Assembly (NCBI GenBank): GCA_963806185.1
Contig: CAWDXE010000007.1
Coordinates: 128,001 to 192,000, forward strand
Reading direction: 5' to 3'
Length of the DNA: 64,000 nucleotides
From: an uncultured candidate division Zixibacteria bacterium
GTDB lineage: Bacteria > Zixibacteria > MSB-5A5 > GN15 > FEB-12
Shown here: positions 1-12,894 of the stretch, one piece after another
Layout of the letters: the number at the start of each line of letters is the position of its first letter
How positions within the stretch are numbered: the stretch's first letter is position 1
Notes under the pieces: model-generated
Databases searched by the model: none
What the model saw: the letters and a program-made list of their open reading frames with translations, nothing else
Told to the model about the DNA's origin: nothing
Translations under genes and position numbers: made by a program

Positions 1-259
1 TGTCGGCACTCTGTACCCACGCGGATCGAGCAAATCCCGGTGGATAATACCTGGCATCGTTGAGGACAATCTCGGCAACACAAACCTCGGGATACTGCCA
101 TCCCTGCGGAATTGCGTCAACGATCTGTCGGCAGACTTCCGCTACCGTGAGATTCTGCTGGTTCAGGATCTCCTCGACACTATAGAGGCAGTTGAGCTCC
201 TTTGCCCGTTCCGACAAAAACCAGATCAGATCATCAAGGGATTTGCCCTCGTCAGCCAT
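1..259 (-). CDS. Partial gene running off the window start: N-terminus with ERAKELNCLY / GWQYPE GAF-like input motif, probably a PEP/pyruvate-binding (PPDK-N) family protein
   Basis: Manual translation from ATG at 259: MADEGKSLDDLIWFLSERAKELNCLYSVEEIL...IPQGWQYPEVCVAEI..., open to position 1. Overlaps the stop of the upstream gene (ATGGCTGA), suggesting translational coupling. Confidence 0.7.
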   Translation of the reverse strand, partial: MADEGKSLDDLIWFLSERAKELNCLYSVEEILNQQNLTVAEVCRQIVDAIPQGWQYPEVCVAEIVLNDARYYPPGFARSAWVQSAD

Positions 260-2009
260 ACAGTATTACCCCGCGAGCTGTGCGTCCATCGGCTTTGATT
301 AGCAGAGGTCTTTCAGATTGCACGTGCCTAACAAAATGAGACTCTGATACGATTCGCTGTTGATTTACCCATCGCCAATCAATAGCGTACTTGCCGCTAT
401 GGGCGACAGAGAAATAGAGTACTTGAAAGCTGGAGAGATTGTGGAAGAAGTGTGATCCCTGGCTCAGCTCTACGTCAAAAGAAGGTAGTGTCGCTTCAAC
501 TACAACCCTGGCCCCCGATACGTTGGACCACGCAACCGGAATACCCAGCCACGGTTCAGAGCTTCCCCATCGACCAAAACCGATGAGCGCATAGGGGCGA
601 CCCTCATCCAGAAGCTGACTGTTTACCCTGTCGATTTCAGCGGCAATTTGCGGCGAATGTGCGGCATCAAATGTCTCCGGTTTGACGAATACAATATCCG
701 AGACGGAATCGATAATTCCGTTGCCCATGGCACGTTCGGTCGCGACGATTGCATTCTGTGCCGATAGTTCTGCCATCGTCACATCCACCACGGCCGCAGA
801 CACCACCATCGGACGCACCTGAAGAAACCCGAATCGGCCGTGCGACGATCTATCGGGTTCGAGCGTCGCCGCAAACTCGATCTCGACGGGACTCCCGACT
901 CGCTCTTCGCACAGCTTCAAGAGCTGCTTCACCAATCGATTGAGCGGAATGAGTTCAGATTTGAGAATCGGTCCGAAATCCAATAGCCTGGGGCCCGCAA
1001 CGTTGATTCCACTCACGATTCTTTCCTCGCCAGGTACGAAGGTTGAGGCGACCCCCACCAAGGTCCCGTCCTCTTCCGCCTCGCGAATGCCTGTCTGAAC
1101 AAGGTACTCGGTTTCTCGAATCGGATCGTACTCTGGCGGTTTCCCCATGTTCACCGCCCAGAATTGCGTCTGCGACTGATCCAGCAGTTCTTCAAAATTG
1201 CCATACGGGGGCATGGCCTTCGGAAACGCAGGCGAATACCCGTACGAAATGCCGCCATCAACAATCGTCTTGCCCAGCCCCAGCGCGAGATTCACGACGC
1301 CATCCAACGGTTTTGCGTGTCCGGATGGATAGTAATTATGTGAACGCGCTACCCCGGAGATGTTCGGGTAGAATCGATCATCGTGTCTTAGTCCGACGAC
1401 CTCCTGAATGATCACGGCCATCTTCTCGGACTCGATCGACTTGCCGGTAGCTCGGAAATACGTCTTTGCCTTGCGAAAAAACGTCGATGCGTAGACAAAT
1501 CGGATGGCCTCAATCAACTTGCGGAACCGTGTATCGGCATCGGCCTGATTATTCGGTATCATCTTGGTGTGGTAAACCCCTGCGAAGGGTTCGAACAGCG
1601 CATCCTCAAGCAGACTTGAAGAGCGGACCGCCAGCGGTGTGTGAACAAAATGGACAAGCGCCCCGAGATCCCCAACCAACGTTGCGGGAAGAGAGCCTTG
1701 CTGGAACGCGGTCGCGATCCGGTTGTCGTGTGCGTCGGAAAGAGCGACTTCGTACAGATTGTTCGATCGCATGAACTCATCGAAGCAATCCGTGGAGAGA
1801 ACCGTCAGCCTTGGCACCGCGACGTCGATCTGGTCATCGCGAAACGCATCGACGTGCTCTGCCAGCACCCCCCGCATCAACGCCAGCCCTTGCGCCTTGC
1901 CACCGATTTCACCGGTTCCTATACGTGTAAATGTCTCTGTGCCGTCAAAAAAACGACGATCAAACGCCGGCAGACTGTTGAGGGGGATGCGGAAAGAGTC
2001 GGCAGTCAA
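252..2009 (-). CDS. PEP/pyruvate-binding domain (PPDK-N, ATP-grasp) protein
   Basis: IGGKAQGL, PLAVRSSSLLED, FAGVY, EKMAVIIQEVVG, ALGLGKTIVDG, VEIEFA, LQVRP motifs; C-terminal GRWGSSEPWLGIPV and SQGSHFFHN. Confidence 0.88.
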   Translation of the reverse strand: MTADSFRIPLNSLPAFDRRFFDGTETFTRIGTGEIGGKAQGLALMRGVLAEHVDAFRDDQIDVAVPRLTVLSTDCFDEFMRSNNLYEVALSDAHDNRIATAFQQGSLPATLVGDLGALVHFVHTPLAVRSSSLLEDALFEPFAGVYHTKMIPNNQADADTRFRKLIEAIRFVYASTFFRKAKTYFRATGKSIESEKMAVIIQEVVGLRHDDRFYPNISGVARSHNYYPSGHAKPLDGVVNLALGLGKTIVDGGISYGYSPAFPKAMPPYGNFEELLDQSQTQFWAVNMGKPPEYDPIRETEYLVQTGIREAEEDGTLVGVASTFVPGEERIVSGINVAGPRLLDFGPILKSELIPLNRLVKQLLKLCEERVGSPVEIEFAATLEPDRSSHGRFGFLQVRPMVVSAAVVDVTMAELSAQNAIVATERAMGNGIIDSVSDIVFVKPETFDAAHSPQIAAEIDRVNSQLLDEGRPYALIGFGRWGSSEPWLGIPVAWSNVSGARVVVEATLPSFDVELSQGSHFFHNLSSFQVLYFSVAHSGKYAIDWRWVNQQRIVSESHFVRHVQSERPLLIKADGRTARGVILYG

Positions 2010-2182
2010 TCTATCGCTCCTTCGGGATGCTAATCCTTGATAGACTAGGTATCTTATAAGTAACGTGCGACATACCCTAAGTCAAGAAATGATTGCCTGT
2101 CGAGTCGTTCTTGTCGATTTCTACTCTGATCACTTGTACGAAGCGTCCGAGCATGGTATGATATTTATTAAGGGTGTTCGTT

Positions 2183-2836
2183 ATGTTAAAGCGGATCATA
2201 AAAGTCATCATTATAGATCACCAGTGCCTGGTACGACAGGGTTTGGCAAGTCTTTTGAATACCGATGGGAATTTTCAAGTTGTCGGTGACTTCGCCTCCA
2301 GCCCGGAGGCGTTTGATCAGGTAAGCCTGGTCAAGCCGGACGTAGCCATCATCGATGTACAAATGCCGGGCCTTGACGGCATCAGTATTGGCCGACGGCT
2401 GCGGCAGATCAGCCCGACAACAGAGATCGTGTACCTGACCGCGAATCATTCTGACGATCAATCCCGGGATGCGTTTGAGTCTGGCGGACGGTGTTATTTG
2501 CTCAAGGACTGTTCATTCGAGGAATTGGCACTCGCTGTGCGAAAGGCAGCCGACGGCGACTACTACCTCACCGGTCCTTCATCGTCAGAGATGATCGCCG
2601 AGTACGTAAAGCCGCTCCTCAGCGCTCAGCGGCCGGGAGGGCAAATGACATTGCGCGAGAGGGAAATCGCTCGGCTGTTGGCGGACGGTTACTCTACCAA
2701 AGAGGCGGCTGACGTGCTCAATATCAGTGTTAAGACGGCAGAGGCACATCGTACTTCTATCATGAAGAAGCTGAACGCCAAAAATGTGACTGATATTGTC
2801 AAGTATTGCATCCGCAATCAAATCATTGAGACATGA
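2183..2836 (+). CDS. NarL/FixJ-family response regulator (REC + LuxR HTH)
   Basis: KVIIIDH...PDVAIIDVQMPGLDG receiver; TLREREIARLLADGYSTKEAADVLNISVKTAEAHR LuxR HTH; ATG at 2183 chosen as start. Confidence 0.92.
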   Translation: MLKRIIKVIIIDHQCLVRQGLASLLNTDGNFQVVGDFASSPEAFDQVSLVKPDVAIIDVQMPGLDGISIGRRLRQISPTTEIVYLTANHSDDQSRDAFESGGRCYLLKDCSFEELALAVRKAADGDYYLTGPSSSEMIAEYVKPLLSAQRPGGQMTLREREIARLLADGYSTKEAADVLNISVKTAEAHRTSIMKKLNAKNVTDIVKYCIRNQIIET

Positions 2837-2868
2837 CGGCTTCTGGGGAATATTCGTGAGGTGGATAA

Positions 2869-4416
<1,548 letters not shown>

Positions 4417-4440
4417 GTCCTGTTTTCGAGCATTACACCA

Positions 4441-4471
4441 AAAACGGAGTGGTATCACACCACTCCGTTTT
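4441..4471 (+). terminator. Intrinsic terminator-like hairpin after gdhA
   Basis: Perfect 13-bp inverted repeat AAAACGGAGTGGT-atcac-ACCACTCCGTTTT followed by T-rich sequence. Confidence 0.75.
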
Positions 4472-4534
4472 GTATGTTTGGTTTTTGGTCTGCGTCAATG
4501 TGCGGGTATAACCGGGAAGCTGAGACTCGACAAG

Positions 4535-7500
4535 ATGCTCACGTTCAACGATCTCCTGGCAGAGCACGGTTACGTAAACCGCTTCAACGAATTTCAAGGA
4601 TTGATGCAGTTTCGCGTGCGCGAAATTCTGCTCGCCTCCAGCTTGTACGACTCGTTCATCTTTGAGCAAGATGGTCGTCTCTCGGAAATGCTCCTTTCCG
4701 AGTACCTTGATCTCAATCTTAGCCAGGCCCCTGGCATCACCCGCGTATCGACCGGTGGCGAGGCGCTCGCACGGATTGTCGGCCCTAACCGCTTCGATCT
4801 GATTATCACGACGATGAATTTGGCCGACATGACAGCGGTCGACCTCGCCAGACGGATCCGCGCCGAGCGACCGAATCTTCCGGTTATTGCCCTGCTATAC
4901 GATACCCGTGAATTTGCCGAACTCACGACTTACCACGATATTGCGGTGTTCGACAAAGTATTTATCTGGCAGGGAGATTTCCGAACCCTGATGGCCGTCG
5001 TCAAGTACGTCGAGGACCGCCGAAACGTCGAACACGACACTGCAGCAGTCGGTGTGCAGTCAATAATCCTCATCGAAGACAACGTCAACGCGTACTCCTC
5101 GTTCCTCCCCATAATCTATACCGAGGTCGTTAAACACACGCAGCAAGTTATGGCTGAGAGCTTGAACCTCTCGCATAAACTTCTTCGCATGCGGGCGCGG
5201 CCGAAGATCTTGCTGTGCAGTTCGTTCGAGGAAGCGTGGGACTTCTTCAAGCGGTATGAGAGTTGTGTGCTCGGAATCATCTCCGACATAGAGTTCCCCA
5301 GAGACGGTCAACTTGACCGGGAAGCCGGCCTTCGCTTCGCAGCCCAGGTACGGGCAGTGCACTTCGACATACCGATTCTGCTGCAATCCGATTCTCCAGA
5401 TTTCGAGGAAGCGGCCCGTGAGATCGGGGCCGGATTTCTACTAAAACGATCGCCCCGACTGCTCCAACAATTGCGCGAATTTATGGCTGCGCATTTTAGC
5501 TTTGGTGAATTCATTTTCCACTTGCCCGATGGACGTGAGGTGGCGCGCGCCAATAGCCTGCTTACGCTCGAGGAACAACTCCGGTTGGTTCCCGATGAAT
5601 CAATCCGCTTTCATGTCGAGCGAAATCACTTTTCCAATTGGCTCAAGGCTCGTACGGAATTTCTGCTGGCGGATCGCCTTCGTCCACAGCGAGTCTCCGA
5701 CTTTCCCTCTATTCAAATGTTGCGCGCCGATCTCGTGCGTTCGTTGCAGGAGTTCCGCCAGGAACGAAGTGTCGGCATCATCGTTGATTTCGATCGCAAG
5801 TCGTTTGATCCTCTGTCTTCCTTTGCCCGGATTGGCTCGGGCTCGCTCGGGGGCAAGGCGCGAGGGATGGCTTTTGTCAATGGGCTTTTGAAAAACTTCA
5901 AGCTCCATGATCGGTTTGATGGCATCCGGCTCCAAGTGCCGTCGGCAGTCGTGCTGGCCACGGACATATTTGATCAATTTATGGACGGCAACAATTTGAG
6001 CAAGATCGCCATAGAATCGACCGACGATACTCGCATACAGAGCCATTTCCGCTCGGCTCAACTTCCGGATTCCGTAGTGCGTGAACTTGCCGAATTCGTA
6101 GATATCGTCCAATATCCGTTGGCGGTCCGCTCTTCAAGTCTGCTGGAGGATTCCAGATTCCAGCCCTTTGCGGGGATCTATGACACCTTAATCCTGCCAA
6201 ACAATCATCCTGACCCGTCTGTTCGTTTGAACGAGCTGCTGGACGCCATCGTCCGGGTGTACGCATCAACATTCAGCGCGGCCGCCAAGACGTACATGGC
6301 CACCACCGTGTTTCGCCTCGAAGAGGAGAAGATGGCGGTCGTTATTCAGCGCCTGGTGGGCTCCGTCCACGAATCAAGGTTCTACCCCAATTTTTCCGGT
6401 GTCGCGCGATCCTATAATTTCTATCCGCACCCGCCCATGTCTCCGCAAGACGGCGTGGCCATTGTCGCGCTCGGTCTGGGCGCCGCCGTGGTCGACGGTG
6501 ATCTCTCTGTCCGATTCTGTCCCCGATATCCCAGGCATCTGTTTCAGTTGTCCGGCATCGAGGATGCTCTGCGATACTCGCAACGGGAATTCCTGGCGCT
6601 GGAACTCAACGACACAAGTGAAGCGGAGCAAAAGACTGGCGCGACGCACCTGACGCACTGCGGACTGGATCAGGCCGAGCGAGATGGAACCTTGTGGCAT
6701 GTTGTCTCCACGTATTCAAGGGAAAACGACGCTATCTCCGACGGACTGTCCCGAACGGGGGTGAGACTGGTCACCTTCGCGCCGATCCTGAAGAATAGTT
6801 TGTTTCCCCTGGCCGAAATCCTGAATGTTGTGCTCGATATGGGAACCTGGGGAACGGGCACTCCGGTCGAGATCGAATTCGCGGTCAATATTCCGTCATC
6901 CCCGGCCGATCGCAGCGAGGTTGCGGTTCTCCAAATGCGGCCGCTCGTCACCACACGGGAGTTCGAAGAACTGTCCATTGGTGATGTTAACCCCGACGAT
7001 GTCATATGTTTTAGCGATCGCGTTCTCGGCCACGGGATACTTGAGACCATCCAGGACATAGTGTTGGTCGACCCGGATTGCTTCCGGCGAGACCGCAGCA
7101 CCGATGTAGCTCGCGAAGTAAGCAGATTCAACGCGGAACTGGTGGCCGCCCGGCGGCCGTACCTGTTGATCGGGGTCGGACGTTGGGGCTCTGCCGATCC
7201 GTGGCTGGGTATTCCGGTATCCTGGGAACAGATTTCGGGTGCGCGGGCAGTGGTTGAATCCAGTTTCCGGGATTTTGACGTTACGCCGTCTGAGGGAAGT
7301 CACTTCTTTCAGAACATGATTTCATCACGCATCGGATATTTTACCGTCAATGCCAGTCAGACCTGTGGGTACGTTGACTGGGCCTGGCTCCGACTTCAAC
7401 CTGCGTTTGAGACTCGCCACTACGCTCGCCACATTAGACTGGATTCGCCGACTATCATCAGAATGGACGGACGCACAGGTCGCGGTGTCATCTACAAACC

Positions 7501-7558
7501 AACGTTTCGTATACCGGCACTGGCGCAGCCTGTGTACCCACTGAACTCTCAGGAATGA
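4535..7558 (+). CDS. Receiver-domain-fused PEP/pyruvate-binding (PPDK-N) protein
   Basis: Two receiver-like segments (EILLASSLYD...FDLIIT; SIILIED...LGIISDIEFP), then LGGKARG, PLAVRSSSLLED, PFAGIY, ALGLG, VEIEFA, LQMRP, GRWGSADPWLGIPV, SEGSHFFQN. Start uncertain (ORF open from 4478). Confidence 0.88.
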   Translation: MLTFNDLLAEHGYVNRFNEFQGLMQFRVREILLASSLYDSFIFEQDGRLSEMLLSEYLDLNLSQAPGITRVSTGGEALARIVGPNRFDLIITTMNLADMTAVDLARRIRAERPNLPVIALLYDTREFAELTTYHDIAVFDKVFIWQGDFRTLMAVVKYVEDRRNVEHDTAAVGVQSIILIEDNVNAYSSFLPIIYTEVVKHTQQVMAESLNLSHKLLRMRARPKILLCSSFEEAWDFFKRYESCVLGIISDIEFPRDGQLDREAGLRFAAQVRAVHFDIPILLQSDSPDFEEAAREIGAGFLLKRSPRLLQQLREFMAAHFSFGEFIFHLPDGREVARANSLLTLEEQLRLVPDESIRFHVERNHFSNWLKARTEFLLADRLRPQRVSDFPSIQMLRADLVRSLQEFRQERSVGIIVDFDRKSFDPLSSFARIGSGSLGGKARGMAFVNGLLKNFKLHDRFDGIRLQVPSAVVLATDIFDQFMDGNNLSKIAIESTDDTRIQSHFRSAQLPDSVVRELAEFVDIVQYPLAVRSSSLLEDSRFQPFAGIYDTLILPNNHPDPSVRLNELLDAIVRVYASTFSAAAKTYMATTVFRLEEEKMAVVIQRLVGSVHESRFYPNFSGVARSYNFYPHPPMSPQDGVAIVALGLGAAVVDGDLSVRFCPRYPRHLFQLSGIEDALRYSQREFLALELNDTSEAEQKTGATHLTHCGLDQAERDGTLWHVVSTYSRENDAISDGLSRTGVRLVTFAPILKNSLFPLAEILNVVLDMGTWGTGTPVEIEFAVNIPSSPADRSEVAVLQMRPLVTTREFEELSIGDVNPDDVICFSDRVLGHGILETIQDIVLVDPDCFRRDRSTDVAREVSRFNAELVAARRPYLLIGVGRWGSADPWLGIPVSWEQISGARAVVESSFRDFDVTPSEGSHFFQNMISSRIGYFTVNASQTCGYVDWAWLRLQPAFETRHYARHIRLDSPTIIRMDGRTGRGVIYKPTFRIPALAQPVYPLNSQE

Positions 7559-8327
7559 TCGAAATCCCACTCGGAACTCGGGGAGCTCTGAGATCCCCGC
7601 GTCACCAGTGTGTTTTCTCATTAATTTATTCTGGCAATCTTCAATTGGCGAACATTAATGAAGTGCATAGACCTTCCTCCCAATGTATTATTTGGTAACG
7701 AACCCAACCCGCCTGGCAGCGTTGGAATGCACCCAATCTCTCGCGATTCCAAAAGTTGTTGAAGACCGGCCTTGCCTGAATCTCGTGGACCTCGCTTCAG
7801 GCGGCGCCTCGACTGCGCTCGATAAACGCCGAAAAGTTTGAGTAGTGCCCGCTCGGGGGAGCATAGCTGAACGAGAGTCGAAATCCAGTAGAAAACTGGA
7901 TGGCGATGTGTAAGTTCGCTTATACTCTTGCAGTCATACGTATAGCTTATAGCCCGAATCCCAAGTGTATGAACCGACACAACGGATCATGAATCCGGAT
8001 TGGCTTACAAGTCTATTGTCAGCGTTCAGTCGCCAGTTAGGACCTTCAACCCGACAGCCAATTGGTCGTTCACTTCCGGGGAACTAGCTGACTTTCAATC
8101 AGCCGCATTGAATTTAGATGGCCGCTGGGGCTTGTTCCAGCGGCCACGAACGGGCAGGTCCTGTATGCGAGGGGGGACCAATACCCTGCGTATTCAAATG
8201 GCCTTTCCCCATGGGCCGGGCGGCGGCCGACGGGATCGAGGTTGACGGCCACCGTGAGGCAGCTTCGGTACTTACACCGATGGTGCCTCGGACCCAATTA
8301 CCTCCAATCGCGTCAAATCCGCCCGCC

Positions 8328-8360
8328 AGAAACGGGAGTGCGTCCACTGCTGGAACTCCC
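8328..8360 (-). terminator. Possible terminator downstream of the MCP gene
   Basis: Minus strand GGGAGT...ACTCCC stem followed by GTTTCT, 8 nt after the MCP stop. Confidence 0.4.
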
Positions 8361-8368
8361 AGTCCGCT

Positions 8369-10132
8369 TCATATGGAGATCCTGAACTTGCTCACCATGC
8401 TCTGCAATCCCTCGGCCTGGCGATTGAGTTGTTCGGCCGCTGCGGCCGATTGCTCGGCTCCCGCTGACGTTTCCTTGGTCACCGACGCGATATGTTCCAC
8501 ATTCTTGGAAATCTGCTCGGCTGCAGTGGACTGCTCTTGTGAAGCGGTCGCGATCTGAGCGATCATATCCATCACCCGCTGGCTCATGCTAACAATCTCG
8601 GCCAAGCTAGAACCGGCCTTGTCGGCCAGATCCCGCCCCTTGTCGACTTCTTGAATACCTGACTCCATCGAGTTAACGGCTTCCTCGGTGTCGGTCTGAA
8701 TCCCCTTGATCATGCTGGTGATCTCTTTAGTTGCCTTGCCCGTCCGCTCGGCCAACTTCCTGACCTCATCGGCCACGACGGCAAAGCCGCGGCCCTGTTC
8801 GCCGGCCCGGGCTGCTTCGATGGCGGCATTTAGGGCCAACAGGTTCGTCTGGTCGGCAATATCATCGATGACGCCAATAATCTCGCCAATCTGATCGGCT
8901 GACTTGGCCAGCTTGCCGATCGACTCAGCCGATTGGCGCACTACCTGGGCGATCTTCTGCATGCCTTGAATAGTGTCAGAGACGATCTGCCCCCCCGAAG
9001 TGGCTGTGCCCGAAGCCGAGCGGGCCGTATCAGTGGCCTCCCCGGTGTTTCTCGAAGACTCCAAGATGGTCGCCGACATCTGTTCGATAGCAGTGGAGAC
9101 CTGGGCCACCTGGTCGGCTTGGACTTTGGCTCCGTTGCTCATCTGCTCGGATGAACTGGAGATCTCATTGGCCGCCGACACGAGCTCCCGGGCGTTGTCG
9201 GTGAGCTGCCTGATCATCCCGCTCAAGTTCTGCAGCATAGTCACGAATGCCTTGCCCAGAGCGTCGTGCTCGCTCTTGGGCTCGACTCGTACCGTCAAAT
9301 CGTTGGCCGCAATACTCTCCGCCGCCTTGGCCATCGTCTTCATATAGTCGATCAGTGCCCGGAACGCATCGGCCAGTACGCCGATCTCGTCTCGAGAGTG
9401 AATATCGACGGTATTGCGGATGTCCCCGATCGCCACGGCCTTGGCCGCCGCAGTCAACCTTCGCATAGGTCCGATCAACTTGGCGGATAAGAGCACGCCG
9501 AGACACAACGACAACGCGAGTGTCACAATACCGATTGTCACGAGCGTCGTCATTCCGGAACTGATCCTCTCTCGGGCCGTGCCCTCCAAGCCGGAGTTCA
9601 TCGTGGCCGCGTCACTGACCGTGCGGTCAATCGCCGCCCGATGCTCATCGTACAGCGGGGCCAGTCGATTCTCTAATAGGGTCCGGGCGGTCGTTACGTC
9701 GCCGCTCATCACCGCCGGAATGACGTCGTTTTGTGCGATCTCATAAAATCTTTGAGCCGGCTGGTACGACTGCTCCACCAGAGTTCGCTTCATCGGTCCC
9801 TCGGGAAGTGCCTTCTGCCAGAACTCGTGTCTGGAGGCGTACTCGGTCTGCAGTTGTTTCAACCGATCGACGAGCGGCGGAATTGCCTGACGCTCCGTGG
9901 CGTACACGATCTGGTAGGTCACCAAATATGACTCGAGGATGTACTCGGGCGGTGGCAGGACGTCAGCCACCAGGTCCTTACCCATCACGATTTCCTGATA
10001 CAACGGGCCGTTTACCTGCAGTGTCCTCGTCATGCTGATCGAAAAGATGCCGAACGCGATCAGTCCCACGACCGGTATAGCCAACAGCACGATCAGCTTT
10101 GACCGAAAAGACAGGTTATTTAGGAATTCCAT
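8369..10132 (-). CDS. Methyl-accepting chemotaxis protein (4-helix-bundle sensor, HAMP, signalling domain)
   Basis: Two TM helices, HAMP ([12 protein letters not shown]), [49 protein letters not shown] before ATG 10132. Confidence 0.96.
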   Translation of the reverse strand: MEFLNNLSFRSKLIVLLAIPVVGLIAFGIFSISMTRTLQVNGPLYQEIVMGKDLVADVLPPPEYILESYLVTYQIVYATERQAIPPLVDRLKQLQTEYASRHEFWQKALPEGPMKRTLVEQSYQPAQRFYEIAQNDVIPAVMSGDVTTARTLLENRLAPLYDEHRAAIDRTVSDAATMNSGLEGTARERISSGMTTLVTIGIVTLALSLCLGVLLSAKLIGPMRRLTAAAKAVAIGDIRNTVDIHSRDEIGVLADAFRALIDYMKTMAKAAESIAANDLTVRVEPKSEHDALGKAFVTMLQNLSGMIRQLTDNARELVSAANEISSSSEQMSNGAKVQADQVAQVSTAIEQMSATILESSRNTGEATDTARSASGTATSGGQIVSDTIQGMQKIAQVVRQSAESIGKLAKSADQIGEIIGVIDDIADQTNLLALNAAIEAARAGEQGRGFAVVADEVRKLAERTGKATKEITSMIKGIQTDTEEAVNSMESGIQEVDKGRDLADKAGSSLAEIVSMSQRVMDMIAQIATASQEQSTAAEQISKNVEHIASVTKETSAGAEQSAAAAEQLNRQAEGLQSMVSKFRISI

Positions 10133-10202
10133 CGACGTACCTCCATACTGAAGCGTGAGCTTGTTTGCCGTTTTCTGGGCGGTCTTTCCAAGGGTCTCCC
10201 GG

Positions 10203-11645
10203 CTAGAACCCGCACGTAAACTCAACCGCACCGGAGAATCGCCGGTCGCGAATGTCTCCGTGCGAATTCGCAAAACTCTTCTTGTCCGACCAGTCGTATC
10301 GCGTCTCCAATAGGCAGGTCAGCCCCTCAACGATCACCAGCGAAGGCGCGATCAGAATCGCCTTCCACTCCTGGGCGACTCCGGTTCTGGAACCATCTTT
10401 GTCGTTGAGGTAGTCGAGACGAGCGGTCACGCCATAACGGGAGTCGGGCCGCCAATGAGCCGTGACTAATCCGCCCTGCCAGCGGCCGTCACGGCCGTCC
10501 CCCAGAGCATCCTGCTCCGTGCCCAGCTGTAATTCACCCCCAATCGTCCATTGTTCAGTCGGTGTGTACGCGGCGTCCCAGTCGATGACTGTTCGCGGCC
10601 CGGTCGTACTTCCCGCCACTTCCGGCCCCGTGATCGCCGAAAGGCCCCACGCAAAGCTGGGTGAAAGTGTGACTCCCAGCCGCGTGCCAATCGTCTTCCC
10701 ATTATTATTGTCCGGTGTGGCGTCCCAGCCATTGACTATATAGAGTTTTGTGTCGAACCATGAATTTGGCTTAGCGGATAGCATTAACCCGGTGAGATTG
10801 GTGGGCAGGCCGTACACGAAGACCAGGGCGTGGGAGTACTGATACATATCGGGAGCGTCCAGCAGCTCAAAGCCAATCGGGGCATTGAATTTTCCAAAAG
10901 TAACCTGCCACGTCGCCGACCGACCCAAATCAAATGTCAGATAACCTTGTTCCAGGTCCGTGCCAAAGTGTCCATTCCCATCGGCCATCAATTCAATATC
11001 AGCGCGGACCTTGGCCCGCTCACCCAACGACCTGCTGATATCCACCTCGACCTGATCGAGACCAAAGGAGTTTTCCCGATCGCCGTCGTCATACGCCTGG
11101 CTGGCATCAACAAACCCCGATAGCGCCAGATTGCTTACGATTGGCGACGGTCTACCGGCCGTCGAATTTTCCACGCCTGCCGACCCGGCGTCGGAAGCCA
11201 TCGACGGAACTCCAAACTCCTCAAGGGAGGCGATCTGTGATCCGGCATTGCGGCTGGTATCCTGACGGAGGTTACGGCATTCGGCCCGCAGGTACTCGAT
11301 ATCGGCGAGCAATTGCGGCCAGAGCGAATCCGAAGATATCCTCGGGCTCTCGACGGGCATCTTCATGGCCTCGACCTCGGCGCGAAGTTGCGCGATCTGC
11401 GCTTCGAGTGCCTGCACATCCACGCGGTCAGGCGTCGCCGCGCTGTCCGCGCGTGACCGAAACATCGACTCCAAGCGAGCCACGGACTCTTTGCGGGCCT
11501 TGCATTCACTTTCGACCTGGGCTTTGAGACGTGACTCCATTCTGTCCACCGCCTCAAGCAGCTGGGCGAAGTCCTGCGCCCGACAGCATCCCGCAACCAG
11601 GAGGACGACCGACGCGTACAGGCCGATTCTCTTCAGTTTGTCCAT
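10203..11645 (-). CDS. Outer-membrane beta-barrel porin (BBP2/OprO-like) with N-terminal coiled coil
   Basis: Signal peptide [19 protein letters not shown], coiled coil ([16 protein letters not shown]), [17 protein letters not shown], alternating beta strands, terminal Phe; RBS GGGAAGGGA. Confidence 0.75.
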   Translation of the reverse strand: MDKLKRIGLYASVVLLVAGCCRAQDFAQLLEAVDRMESRLKAQVESECKARKESVARLESMFRSRADSAATPDRVDVQALEAQIAQLRAEVEAMKMPVESPRISSDSLWPQLLADIEYLRAECRNLRQDTSRNAGSQIASLEEFGVPSMASDAGSAGVENSTAGRPSPIVSNLALSGFVDASQAYDDGDRENSFGLDQVEVDISRSLGERAKVRADIELMADGNGHFGTDLEQGYLTFDLGRSATWQVTFGKFNAPIGFELLDAPDMYQYSHALVFVYGLPTNLTGLMLSAKPNSWFDTKLYIVNGWDATPDNNNGKTIGTRLGVTLSPSFAWGLSAITGPEVAGSTTGPRTVIDWDAAYTPTEQWTIGGELQLGTEQDALGDGRDGRWQGGLVTAHWRPDSRYGVTARLDYLNDKDGSRTGVAQEWKAILIAPSLVIVEGLTCLLETRYDWSDKKSFANSHGDIRDRRFSGAVEFTCGF

Positions 11646-11904
11646 ATTCCCTTCCCACTTTGCTGTCGGCAGGCTCGGCCAGCGACAAGATTTTGCTGAT
11701 CGTAACAGAAATCGCCAGGCAGCGGGAACGCGGCTCAATGCCCCCATGGAAATGTCAGACCGTGTGCGACCGCGCTCCCGCCGCCCGACCAGCAAATGGT
11801 TCACTATCCCTCTTTCGGGAGTCTTACTGAAAGGGCGAGGGCCAGCCAAGGGTCACCCAAAGGCTACTCCGACTGACCTCAGCCTGAATTGTGGGATGGA
11901 CGGG

Positions 11905-12894
11905 CTACTCGTTGGTACCGCGAAGAACGGTAACGAGATCCGACGTTTTGCTGGAAATGCCGAGTTTTCTGCGGATCCGCTTGCGGGTGTTGACGACCGT
12001 AGCGGGGGAGATGCTCAGAGCAGAGGCGATTTGTTTCGACGAATAACCGGAAGAGATAAGGCTGCAAATCTGCAATTCGCGTGGCGTCAGATTTTTCCTT
12101 TCCAATCCGATCTCGCCGCCATGCTTCCGACTAATCGACTGCAACGCTTCCTCGAGGGCGGTGACAACGGGCCGAAGCTCGCTATCCGCCCGGTTGCGCA
12201 GCGCTTCCAATAATGGACTCAGTTGCAGCTCGATGTTCGTCAGAATGGTAGTGCGAATATCGTGGGCCTCCAGATCGATCTGATAGAGCAGTTCCCGCAG
12301 TGCGATGTTCTTTTCGGTGAGCTCCTTCGCGACGGTTTGCAGCCTGAGGTTCGCCTCTGCCAGACCCTCGCGTGACTTGGCCAGCTCGGTCACGTCGCGA
12401 AACGTAAACAGAAACGGACTGCCGGGAAGACCGGTGTCCTTCACGTCGGTCAGCACGCACACCTCTCGGCCGTCGGCAGCCAGCAATTTCGCCGGCACGT
12501 CGCGCAAATCGCGATGACTTTGCACCGACCGAAGCCAGTCGGTGCCCTCGCCGCCCAGAAGCTCAAAAATGGTCGGCATTCGCTTGTACTCCTCGTACGA
12601 GCGGCCGCAAAATCCCTCGGCGTTGGGGCACACAAAGGTGATGTTCCCTTCCTCATCGGTGAGAAAAGCGACATCTGAAATCGCCTCCAGAATCACCCGA
12701 TGCAATCCCTCTGAATCCGACAATAGACGGTTCCCGTGACACTGCTTCAGAAGGATGTTCAGGATTCCATTGACGGCAGCCGACAGGCATGCCTGCGCGC
12801 TGTCAGGGGTATCGTCCGACTCGGTGCTGGCAGGCTGGTCATACGTCACGTCCGCCAATGCTCGTGGTGAGTTCGGCAAGTCATTGGCCGCCAT
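11905..12894 (-). CDS. PAS-domain LuxR-family transcriptional regulator
   Basis: ILEAISDVAFLTDEEGNITFV...FTFRDVTE PAS; coiled coil ELTEKNIALRELL; LTPRELQICSLISSGYSSKQIASALSISPATV HTH. Start uncertain (ORF open to 13341). Confidence 0.82.
   Translation of the reverse strand: MAANDLPNSPRALADVTYDQPASTESDDTPDSAQACLSAAVNGILNILLKQCHGNRLLSDSEGLHRVILEAISDVAFLTDEEGNITFVCPNAEGFCGRSYEEYKRMPTIFELLGGEGTDWLRSVQSHRDLRDVPAKLLAADGREVCVLTDVKDTGLPGSPFLFTFRDVTELAKSREGLAEANLRLQTVAKELTEKNIALRELLYQIDLEAHDIRTTILTNIELQLSPLLEALRNRADSELRPVVTALEEALQSISRKHGGEIGLERKNLTPRELQICSLISSGYSSKQIASALSISPATVVNTRKRIRRKLGISSKTSDLVTVLRGTNE

Noticed and set aside
8060..8150. tRNA-like D arm and anticodon arm (GCTGA-CTTTCAA-TCAGC)
   Set aside because: No TTCGA T-loop, no pairing acceptor stem and no CCA end
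11650..11900. c-di-GMP riboswitch upstream of the porin/MCP genes
   Set aside because: A GAAA hairpin is present on the minus strand but the GGCAAA...GCAAA core could not be matched
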